Origin: Entomortierella parvispora E1425
Lineage: Eukaryota > Fungi > Mortierellomycota
Direction: 5' to 3'
Assembly: GCA_020891255.1 (NCBI GenBank)
Contig: BQFW01000013.1
Span: 1,674,001-1,738,000, forward strand
Length of the DNA: 64,000 nucleotides
Shown here: positions 36,151 through 47,500 of the stretch, piece by piece
Numbering within the stretch: the stretch's first letter is position 1
Layout of the letters: each line of letters begins with the position of its first letter
Made by a program: the position numbers and the translations under genes
The notes under the pieces: model-generated
Told to the model about the DNA's origin: nothing
Database searches by the model: none
What the model saw: only the letters and a program-made list of their open reading frames with translations

Positions 36151-36394
36151 GTCCAAAGTGGCTTAGGCGATCTGGGTCTCATCCACGACAGGCACACAAT
36201 GGACCAAGGAACATGCGAGACAGGCCTTCGATCAGAGGGAGACTGATCGCTCGAGCGGGAAGCGCCTTTTCAGTCCCCTCTCTCCCTTCCCTCCCTCCTT
36301 CTCCCCGCATCCCTTTGACTATTCATCTTGTGGACCCTGCTATTGCCATACAGCCTCTCGCTCTGCTTCTGCATTTTTCAGTCATCCCACAATA

Positions 36395-39300
36395 ATGAAC
36401 GAAGAGTACCAACAGATGCACGGTGGCCCAACACCTATGGAGACTGATACTGACCATGCGTATCCAGGAGTGCCAGTTGAGGTATGCTTGCACTCGAAAC
36501 CCTATTATCGTCGTAGTCCTACAATGAACGAACTCGCCTTGCTCATGTCCAAACCTTTGACCCTCTAGACGGCTCTGACCTTCTTGGACGACGCCACCTT
36601 CATTGATACTCTTAATGCACTGCCTCCCATTCAACCACCGAACCACGAGCTTCAAAATCGGGTGAACGCCCTACTATGGGATGGACATACAACACCCAAA
36701 ACAAACGAAACCATCAAGCAAACTTTACATTCCCTCCAGAGGTCGTACGGTCTTGTCTTGGACGAGGAACCTGCACCTGCTACAGCTCTCGTTGTCAACG
36801 TGATGAACCGTAAAGTCCAGACGAACTTCATTCTAAGCTCCAGCGCCGGCGACGTGGTCCTCCCCCCCTGCAGACTCCTTTTGAGGAGACTCGCTCGACT
36901 TGTTAATACGGCTATTATAGTCATATCCTCGCGCTCAAAAACACATGTTGTACGACCAGAAGGGGACGCCGCAGATCAGGAAAAGCTGATAGTTCTTTTG
37001 GATTTGGCCGAATCATTCAGAAGTCTGCGGACATACGTCCCTCTCACCTGTTCCATAACAGAGCCAATTCCTCTTCCAGTGCAACTTATGGCATCGTCGT
37101 CTATCGCCAAGGCAGAGTACATGGATTATGCAAGAGAATACACTAAGCATGCCTCTGTGGAGTTCACTGCAGCTCTGGCAGAGCACTGTTTCAAGCAGAG
37201 CTGGTAAGTTTTGAATTAACTGGTCAAGACATGTGGTGCCCTTGAACATCGATCATTGATCCATTTCCACCCTGAACCTTTGTAGCAAGGCGACCCTGAA
37301 AGGCAGAACCAAACCTATCGTAGCTGCAGCCTTGAAAAAGGCAGAGAAAGCAACGAGTGAGCAGGATCGCGAAAATACTATGGCTAAAGCTCTTGAGGAC
37401 TTCAGGAAGAAGGAACGAACATGCAAAAAATCGCCCCGTCATCTTGTTGAACGCGCTATCTCGATACTGGAAACAAGCTGCAAAGATCCAGACGAAGACG
37501 AACCTCCTAATATCACCCAAGAACAGTTTGATGAGAAAGTCGACAAAGACAAAAGGCTCGTGCTGTATCACAATTTCGTCGAGGGTCATTGCCACGTTCT
37601 CTGGAAGGAGGTGGTTGATGCAAAAGAGGAAAACGAAGGCGATGATGAACCTGACGACAATGGCAATGGCCCGACAGTGCCAGAGGGGAATGAGAAAAAC
37701 AAACCAGACATAAGGGTATGCCAAGTGCCCTTACAGAAGATACTCCGCAACGACTTCGACTTTGACACGAAAGGCACCATATGTGAGATTTTACACGAAA
37801 AGCAGCGTTTGATGTCGAACCACATCGACGAGATTCAAGTGGCGATATTGAAGGCTCATATAGAGGTAAGTCAAAACTAGCCTGGTGTTTGATGTTCTAA
37901 TCTTTCCAAGCGAAATTTAAACTGATATGAGCGTCTTCGTCTTGCTATTTAGATATTCCGGGGTCGACTCTTTGGGACGATGACCAGTGTTGACATCTCC
38001 ACCATTCTTCCTGATGGTTTCGAGATACGAGATGCAGATCTGAAAAAGAATCCAGTCATCCAGCTCGCCAACGTCACCGAGGGAATCTTGGCAAGGTTGG
38101 CTGATACTCAGAAGGACGACGTATTTAGCACCGATCTTCGAAACATTTTCAGCCAAGCTTGTCTGCAATATATGGCGGTGAGGCTCGATACAACAAAGCA
38201 CTCCAAAACAGGCGACCACCCAGTCTGGGACCATGTTGTATCACTCATTAACGAGACATCTGTAATGGACGATGCTGTCAGTTGCCCTACAGGAATGTCA
38301 CAGTCCAGGACCGAGTTATTACGTACCATGGCGACCAACATCTCCAACATCTGGTCGGGAAACATTTACAGTAATTTGAAGAGGCACGTTGTTCGCTACC
38401 TTCTAAGACTCCACCTGAGACCCCTGAGTGAAGAAAGATACCGCGCACTCAAGAAGCAAAAGGCAGAAGAAAAGCAACAGCGCCAGGCAGTTCGCCAAGA
38501 GAAATCAAGACTGCGCCCGAAAAGACACTGGCAAAAACTTCGGTCACTCCTGGACCAACTTGACAGGGCTGTGACATTGTGTGCAAAACGATGGTCAGGA
38601 TCGACGCTTGTCCTCTCACAATCCGTATCTATGGATAGTAATGAAGACGACGACGACATGGGCGAAAGTCACGACGATGGTTTCTGGGACGATGGTTTCT
38701 GGGACGATGGTTTCTGGGACGATGGTTTCTGGGACGATGGTTTCTGGGACGATGGTTTCTGGGACGATGATAGCGATGATGACACCCGAGTTTTGCAACC
38801 GCGCACTCAGCGGATACAAAAAGTGCTTCACTTGATCCACAGACAAATTGAATTCCTTGCGTCGCCACTACCAACCTCGCCCCAGTTGGGTCTCTTTCAA
38901 GATACTGATTCAGAAGATTCGGAAGAAGAAAACGACGAGGACGACGACGAGTATGATGGATTTTTACAGATGCTGGAAGAAGACCATGACCCTGATCTTG
39001 AAAAAAACCATGACTCTGATGGAGCAGCAGGGGGTAAGTTTGCTGAAACGAGGCATTGTGTTTTTCTACGTGCAACAACTAATATTTTTTTTTTAAAAAA
39101 TCTGTTCACAGATGACAGTTATAAGACAGAGCCCAAGTCAAAATACCTCCGTGGGCTAGAAGCAGTTACCTGTTATCTGGTGGACACGAATGATCCCCCA
39201 AATGAAATTACAACCGCCGATCTACGTCGCCATCTTTTCAAAGGAAAAAGCTACAAGGACAACGAAGTTCAGATGGCAGTATTTGTTGCAAACGCACTGA

Positions 39301-41651
39301 GACCTTTTGCTCCCAGAAAAAATTCTGGAGGTCATATCCCGCACCATATCCTCGCAACGGGCCCTTTCGTCTACCTTTCGAATCAGTTGCTCTTCGCAAT
39401 GGGGTACGGCGATTTTGCGAGGAGAATATCTCCAGTGTCCTCGGTTGGGAAAATGCACCCCATACCTCTCAATGCCACCGGGATGTATGAGACTCTCTGT
39501 TCCAGGGAGGAATACCATTTCGATGTCAGAGCCTTGAACAACAAGGTCATACCGGATCGCAAAGCTGCGAATCATAGCCCGGCAATCATGTTCGGTGCGT
39601 TCTTCAAAATGGATGTGGTCCATAAAACATGCTTGGAACACGGAATGATATTTGCGAACCGGTAAGTAACGCGTAGAGTATGTTCATGAAACGATCGACT
39701 GCACTCTCGGGCAAGTGTTCTTACCATTTCACAAATGTGCTCTAGATTTGATTTTGTTGATCCAAGCACGGTGAAAATAATTGGGCATTCTATTCGGCGG
39801 TATGCACCTCTAAATCAAATCGAGGTCAAGAAGGGACGCCAGAAAAACAACGAAAAAGGGCAGCATCAACCATCTGAAGCCCAACTGCGTCAGCTCGATC
39901 TTGTAAAATCCGGTCTGTCAAAAGATAGGGCGAGTGAACTCTCAGCGAAGCTGGCAGAGGACATCGACGTCTATGATAAATTTATCAAGCAGCAAAACCG
40001 GGAATTGGCGTAGGCGGAATGTCGACTACGCTCCTTAAAGGCTACTCTCAGGGATCTATCGTCAGATAAAGGGAACGATTTCGACGAGACCTTCAAAGCG
40101 ATGAAAACCCAGCGTGACCATGTGTATCAGCTCCGTCAGAACGTTATCCCCCTGAGAGCAAATATCAAAAATTTGAAACAGCAAAAGTACGACTACGACA
40201 AGTTCCAGCCTCCATCGGCGCATCAGCGTAGACAGATGGACGAGGACAGCAGCAGCTCGACTCCAGTCTTCACATCCAATCCATCAATTTCACGCCCTGG
40301 TTGCATGGACAAAGCCGAATCAGTGAACATTAAGCAGTTGGTCAGCGACATCGACGAAAATAATGAGCGCGTCAAGGAGGGAGGGCACGGAAAAAAAATC
40401 ATTTTGGTGCCAGGGGGGACCGACCCTGGAGTCCGTACCATGCTCAACACCGTCCCGGTCCCAGAAGGAATGTTGATTTCTTTAAAGGGTCGATTCGACA
40501 AGATGACTGGCTTTCTGGACACAGTCGATGTTGCCGTACCCCAAACGCTTGAAGACATTCGATTTCCCGAGGCCCATCAGACCACGGCCTCACAGATCCG
40601 GCACCACTCTGGATTGAATGCCCAAGCACGCACAAGAACAAGACGACTCGCCAGAAATGATAACGTAAAGAGTGCGTATAGTGCGCTGGCAGAAAGTTCT
40701 TTTCGGAGAGCAACAACTGCAGAACAGATTGCAGAAAGGCAAGGCGTCAGACGGGATAACAGAGAGTTGGTTCGAAGCTTTGAGTATTCTGAAAAGGCGC
40801 GCAATATGAACCACCACAAGGAGTTACGTTTGAAGAGTACTTACGACCGCTTTGCAGCCAAAGAACGAGACGCGTTCAGACGGCATGCACATTGTAAGCT
40901 CATTTTTTTGTGCGTTGTTGGGAACATTAATTATGAAGTCTAAACTCATTTACAAAACTGGTTAGACAACGACGCAGGTCCAGTCGCGCCCTCGGTATCA
41001 GCATCTTCTGCTTCTTCCGCTCCGACTCTTGTCATAGCGGAAAACGGATACTGCAACTCGTGCGGCACTCACCACTGGCCAGAGCTCTGCGTTGACGACA
41101 GCATCGACGGAAAACGACTTGTACTCCGGCATGTGCAAGTTTGTCCCAAAGTTAAGCCGCGCGTGATTCCACTGTATCTCCACGGGGCAGCGGGGACAGG
41201 AGTTGGATCACGGCTAGGTGGTCACACGAGGATGGGCGGGAACAATATTCAAGTGCGAAACATGGCCCATGGGCCCGTGTGCGTCACTAATGAGCACAAG
41301 TCTTCGTGCACATGTTGTTTTTGCTTCCATCCGGTGCGCCTAGCTAGAGCAAGGCGTCAAACAAAGAAAGGGCTCAGACTGGTACGCGTCAACGGGGCAA
41401 TCGAATGCTACAACCCATCGTGCGTGGCCTTTCGCGTGGGTTACACAATTCGTGGTCGTGACACCAATGCGGCAGTTAACATAGCCCTGGCTGGATACGC
41501 GTTGCTCCACTCAACTGATCAAAGGACGTTAGCACCCTTTGATCCACGGCGTCCTTCTTGGACCCTTCCCGATGGAAGTACCAGCGCGAGCTCATCGAGT
41601 GAGGTCAATCCCCTGCAAGAATCTGAAGTCAGTCATGCGAGCCGAATTTGA
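36395..41651 (+). pseudogene. Giant Fanzor/TnpB-like RuvC nuclease, copy A; 7 exons, about 1588 codons, one in-frame TAG at 40011-40013
   Basis: Exons 36395-36481, 36569-37203, 37286-37865, 37953-39033, 39112-39661, 39746-40893 and 40966-41651 total 4767 nt. RuvC-I GTDPGVRTM, RuvC-II TNEHKSS, Zn finger CCFC..CYNPSC, RuvC-III RDTNAAVNIALAG. Confidence 0.85.
38673..38762 (+). repeat. Perfect 15-bp coding minisatellite (GACGATGGTTTCTGG)x6, encoding DDGFW x6
   Basis: Seen directly within Fanzor A exon 4. Confidence 0.95.
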
Positions 41652-41700
41652 ATCCGCGCCAAACTATGCAATCAGGAGAGAACTCGACTCTATGTAGTAC
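41550..41700 (+). ncRNA. Candidate omega-RNA scaffold of Fanzor A (limits unknown)
   Basis: CTTCTTGGACCC motif shared with copy B, then hairpins CTTCC-cgat-GGAAG and CTCA-tcgag-TGAG. Position expected for Fanzor omega-RNA; inferred. Confidence 0.35.
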
Positions 41701-42149
41701 ATTTTAGTAAATTTGTTGCAGCAACCACACATATCCAGCTCAGTTGGGTCCATCTTTTCATGTTGTATGGTCCACTGTCACGGTCACCTGTCACGGTCAG
41801 ACAAGGCAGGAACAGGAGAGAGAGGGCAAGATATAGCTTATTGTGAATCATAGACTGAGGAGCACAGCAATAGATCAAGAGGGGTTACAAACTAGAAAGT
41901 TGGACCGCGTCTGGAAGCAGTGAAATGTTTTGGTACTCACAAGAAGTAATCGGGACAAAGTGAGGATCTGGGGTGATCCCTCTGGTTTAGCACGGTTTCT
42001 GTCATCTTACTTTATTGTGGTATCTGACATGCCCGCTTAACCTATACATAACAATCCACCCTGACTCCGGCTGCGACACAGTGCTGGCCATGCAGGAACA
42101 GAGTTGAAAGGTACCACGAACTTTCTGACTGCTTCCCGCGTCTTCTTAA

Positions 42150-42700
42150 TCCATGCATTGGTGGGTGTGTGGACTGTGGGCACACGCCATAGTCAGGAGA
42201 GGAGAAGAGCCATGGCTATGGTCGCGCGTCCAAGTGTCGAAGACTGTCGATCCGCGTACATCCCAATGTGCTCCTGTAAATAAAGTCTTCCGCTGTTTGG
42301 TCATCAGGGCTATAGGGTACCCGAGGTAAACCAGCGCGCTTTCGGCTTCTTTGTCATAGATTCGGACCTGGTCGTCGAGAAGGGCCTGTCTCAGTTCTGG
42401 TTTGAATGTTGGGAGAGAGGTAGAGTCTCCAGGTATACGGATGTACTCTATCTTCTCCGAAATCCACGTCTTCCATTCCTGGGGATCCATACGCCGTAAA
42501 GTGTGATGATGATTCAGTTCCTTGGGAGGATCGCGTGAGTAGATAGGAGTTGGAAGAATTGTAGAGACAGGAGGGATAAGGGATGTGGAGTCCCATGCTG
42601 CCCTTGCTCCCAAGAGAGCGTGCACTGCACTGTCCTACGTCAATTTGGACTGTATCCATATCTAGGTGGATTGGTTCTAGGGTAAGATAAATTGACGAGA
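42150..42700 (-). pseudogene. Decayed non-LTR (L1/Tx1-like) reverse transcriptase fragment
   Basis: DPQEWKTW..RIYDKEAESALVYLGYPI resembles the RT domain 6-7 YLG motif of fungal LINEs; upstream frames are broken. Confidence 0.45.
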
Positions 42701-44439
42701 AGTAGATGTCAGCATTCAGTAGTAAGCTGCAGTCCAACACCCACTGTGAGCTTGGAGTTGAGTCGTTCTGTTGGTCATTGTCAGAGGGGTCGGTGTTGTC
42801 TCTTGTAGCGCCTGTACATCCACCCTTGCGCTCCTCAGGAATCTGTTGCCAGAGTGGTTCGAGTTCTTCGTGTCCAGAGTACGTGCAATAGGTGAAGCAA
42901 TTTTCATTGTCGCCTCCACCTGTCGTTGAGGTGGCGCATTTCCAGCCTGGTGTTAATTCCTGTTTGAAGACAGGTGCGAAGCCGTCTTCTCCCGTAAGGG
43001 AAAGTTACGAGGTGGTTGTGGGGTGGGACTTACAGCAGGATGAGTCTTTTGTGCAGATGCGATTCCAGAGTCTACACTCCTTGGCAACGGTCGATGTCGC
43101 ACTTGAATCTGAATTAACGGCCGATAGGGTTGACTGAGGAAGCGTGGGTCACTAAGCCCAGAGCCCCAGGGATGTTGGTCGCTCCTGTAGCTACAATATC
43201 CTCCATATCCGACTGTTGTCTGCCTCTCTTGTCCAGTTCACGTTCCCAGTGCGCCGGGGGTTTGCCTTCCCGACTGGTTGTTGAACCACTCACGCGAGGA
43301 TGCGGAGGTGAAGAGGACCAACGTCAAGGATATCGACATGTAGTAGTAACGTCCTGTCTGCAAAAGGTGATGTTGGCATCGAATGGATTGGGACAAAAGC
43401 CATGTAGCGCGTGTCCGAATCTTTGTTCCCTGATCATATTGTATTGTGACACACCGTGTGATGTCCATACGGCGCCCGAACCATAGAAGTCAGCGAGAGC
43501 GACATGACATGCCATCAGCTGGAGGCTGAATGCCCATTGGCAACTTGTATGTACGTAAAGTGGCTTCGCATTTAGTCACGTGATCTATACGTACGTTGGC
43601 TACATATAAGCGCTTTTTTTGCCACCAACGACAGTTCTGAACCTTTGCCTCTCCCCCCCCCCCTCCCCAACAACAACAATCCCACCACACTTAAACACAT
43701 ATATTCAGACACACCTACACGTACCAGTAGCTGAAGGAGGTCGACGTGAGGAGAGGAGGGAGAAGAGGTACGTGTTCTGCTCTTTTTGGAAGTTTTGTAC
43801 CAAGGAGCCTTGCTAGAGGCTGTTGCTATTCTGTACCTCGAGCATCCATACTGACTTTCCTTCGTCTCGTGAACGATCGTCCTTTGCCTCCTTATGTAAC
43901 CTTCAGGTTCGTGTAAAAGCTTTGGAGAACAAAGGCAGTGAATCGCTATGGACCGAACGTGGTCGTTAGACCTTGTCTTTTGCGTTGGTGCTGTAGAGAT
44001 GGTCACTCAACGTTCACTTCTCATCCTGTCGTCATCTAGACTCCATCAGAGACCTGCGTGATGCGGTCTCTCCTTGCGAACACGAGTCTATTTGCAGTTT
44101 GCATGTTCGTTCGAGAGAGTTTGATCATCACTGATCCTTTGATGGGCACATGATGATCCAAAGCTAACTTCCACCCCCACCCGCCACACTCTAGACTTGC
44201 GAACATACTTTGCGTATATTTTTTGCGAACAGGCACCATTCTTTGGTCGCACCCCCGAACGAACACCAGCACCATAGGTCTGGATCAAAACCTTCCACAT
44301 GTATCGCGAGTCGATCCCATGTCAGGAATTGAGTTCTCTCTCAACTTATGTAAGTATTCTCAGGTCAAATCTGCTTTCTGTCTCGTCAATTACAACTGAG
44401 CGCCATATTAATAAATTTTCTCTTGGTCATTTCTACCTG

Positions 44440-44545
44440 ATAGTCTCAATAAAACTATTCAACTTACCACTGTAGCCTCGTTTGAGGAGTAGCACTTGAT
44501 CCGCCTCGAATTGTGCTACGTGTTTGGTGGGGTCCAGAAGCTGGC
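44440..44545 (-). ncRNA. Candidate omega-RNA scaffold of Fanzor B (limits unknown)
   Basis: Minus strand: CTTCTGGACCC (44530-44540), stem GTAGCAC..GTGCTAC (44489-44519) with an inner TTCG/CGGA helix, and hairpin CCTC-aaac-GAGG (44476-44487) just before the stop codon. Confidence 0.45.
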
Positions 44546-47500
44546 TGGTGTTGATCGATTTTTTTTTCTGGTACAAGATATGGGCGGAATGGCGCCAAGG
44601 GGATCCTGTCGTCATCCTTGATCGCAGAATATCCTGATATTCCTATGCATACACAGGCTTGTGTGTCTCGCGGCCGAGTCGTGTAGCCGTTCTTGTAGGC
44701 AGGACATGCCGTGTTGAAACAGACTTTGGATCCGTTCACTGTTACTGTGTTGATGGTCCTGCCCTTTTCTGACCCCACAATTCGCCTTGAACGCGCCGAG
44801 TGGGTTTTCTCCAAGCAGAAGCAGCACCGCTGTGTTGACATGTACTCATCCGTGACTACAACAGTCCCGACCTGACGATGTTGCTTCCTGATGTTCTTAC
44901 CACCTAGGCGATAATGGCCACCAATCCTGGATCCAACACCAGTGCCAGCTGCACCCATAAATATCACATGGCGGACGACCGGGGTTGTCTTGACACAATG
45001 CGTAGGATGCTTATATGGAGCCTCGATGCTGGACTTGGATATCTCGATGCAACAACAATTGGAGCAATAGCCAGAAGCTGTGTCCACGCTTGGTTCACCA
45101 CGTTTGTCTTCGGCCAATTTGTTGATGGTGTACTCCGCAGATTTTGCTCGCAAATTGCTTGCGACTTTGGCCCAGGCCCGTTTGGTCCGATGCCTACAGG
45201 TACGACGGAGTTTCACAAGATCACGATCCCTGTTCAGCTCTCGTAGGCTGTTGTTTTCAGCAACCGAGTCGCGGATCTTGATGGCAATCTGGACGGATTC
45301 GATGGTTGAGGCCGTAGCAAGAGATGCATCTGGATCCGAAAGTTTCTCCAGATCCGCCTTGGCTTGTTTGTGCTTGTCGGTCTCGAGCAAGCGCTCCCGT
45401 TTCCGACGAAGTTTGCGGCCAAAAGAAATGTCCTCTACTTGACGTGCTGTTATTCGATGAGCCTTCGGGAGCTTCATCTCTTGTGTGGCTTTTTTTGCTT
45501 GAATGCGCCTCTCCTTCGTCCAAGGTTCAGTAGTAATGTCAACCAGCTCCTCCTCTTGCTTAGAATAGTGCTCCTCCGGCGCAGCATGTTCAGTAGGCAA
45601 AAAAAGCTCCTCCGTTGTATCAAGATCTACATGCAGGACATGAAAGATAGTTATTAGCATCAGGATTAACAATGTGTCAGAAACATTTGGACTACGACTA
45701 ATAATTTTGTAGAACTTACCTGCAAGAACTTGGAAACGGTTCATTGACTTTTCAATTCCCTCGACTGTCAAAAAGACGTTCTCCGACATCACTCGTACGC
45801 CAGGGTCCTCGCTACATATCGCCACAACCTGGACCCGTTTGGACCCTGGTAATGGTTTGAGATGTTGGTCAAATATTGGCTTGAGGTCCAATCGTTGCGG
45901 GATGTCCTCTGCTTGCGGCCATTCCCAAGAAGGAGAGGTATGGGAAGGGTCCGTTTTTCTTGCCTTCAATTTCTTCTTCGGGTTATCCTTTGGCGCCTTT
46001 CGCTTTGCTATGGCCAGCAGTCGGTTCCAATAGTAGAGCTCTTTTTTGGCACGATCCCAGGCCATATCCAGCTGACTAAACCTCCTTTCCTTGATCCTAA
46101 GTATTGCCTGTTGTGCCTTGAGTTCAGACATTTGTTGTTTTTTCAAGGTGATGTTGCTCTCATTGTTGCTGATGGTCCAAGGGATTGCCCTGATGCCACT
46201 ATTCAACGCGTTGCATTCTTTCCGAAGAGCAGCAAGCTCCTTGCGAGGGCCTTCCCGTTCCTTTGCCGTAAGCTCAACTTGTTTCGTGGCCAGTTCAACC
46301 TGATGCTTGACATCGTCCTTGGACATGCCTCTGCTTTCGAATTCCTTCCGCCAATGTGCATTTCTTCCGTTTTTTAAGCCTGAGCCCGCCTTCTTGCTTT
46401 CTTCGAACGCGCTATGGACAGGATGACGGGTATCGGACTTGGTCGTCTGCGGTCCCGATAAGTTGAGAGTATACTGGTCCACAAAGGTCATCCTACACAG
46501 TTTTTCAGATACGGACATCAGCTTTTTTTCCTCGTCTAAACTCAATTGTTGCTCATAACAGTGCATGAGGTGTGTACATACCGCATGCCAAACGTAAACC
46601 CATGTCTCTTGCATATGCCTTCAATTTTCTCGATGTCGAAAATGTTTGCAAACACTACCCGCTTTGCATTGAATGACGCAGTGCAGTCAGCAACGTTGGT
46701 CATGATGCCGGTTGCACCATGTAGGTCATATCGGCCGGCGCTCTCTCCACTTAGCACTTGGTAGAGATGACCAGCGCCCAGCTGTAAACCGTGGATCTTT
46801 CCCGAGGAGATAGAGGGAGAGAGTCGTCTGGTGAACTCCGTTTGGCCCAACAACCGCAGCACCGCGTTGGAGATGAGTACAATTGGAGCGCGCAGGACAA
46901 TGTGTGGGGTATGATGACGATAATCCTCATCTTCAGCATCCCTCCAGCGGCGAGGAACATAGGGTCGCAGAAAATTAATGATCTTCTGTGCGACAAGGAG
47001 TTGCCGTTCAGTAAAGGAGGTTCCTTTGTATAACGAGTCCTTGATGTGATCCATGCTGAACGTTGGGGTCGGTAACGGGGACTCGAGCAACGTCCTGACG
47101 ACGGTCTGCAGACGCCGAAGGGTCTTTCGACTCGGTTCCTTCTCCTTGAGGTCAGAGTTGAGAGTAATCGGACTACTTTGACTTGCATCATCTACATCCA
47201 TGACCCACTCCGTATCGAGTTCGTCCGCGAAGGCTTGACTCTCAAGGAGGCACATATCGAGATCATCGTCTGAAGAATCCTCCTCCGAGAACACGTCTTC
47301 CATACTCTCATCATAGGCCAGGTCAACATCCGACGCTGAAAGTCCAGCCTCAGAGATCCTCTGAAATGACTTTTTGGATTCTTTATCAGCTTCTGGCGGC
47401 TTTGTATCGTAGAGGGCCTGGAGCGGAGCAACAAAGTGATGAAGCTGATCGGTGCGACCACTCGAGTAATATTTCGCAACTTTGTTCAGAAGCTTGCTCA

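Noticed and set aside
38673-38768. Possible CRISPR-like or guide array
   Set aside because: Head-to-tail repeats without spacers; a coding minisatellite. No repeat-spacer array was seen anywhere in the window.
41774-41799. 13-bp tandem duplication downstream of Fanzor A, sharing GTCACGGTCAC with 13653
   Set aside because: An 11-mer match is expected by chance in 64 kb, and there is no counterpart at Fanzor B.
43600-44450. Possible plus-strand spliced gene relic with TATA and AATAAA
   Set aside because: No coherent reading frame or identifiable product.
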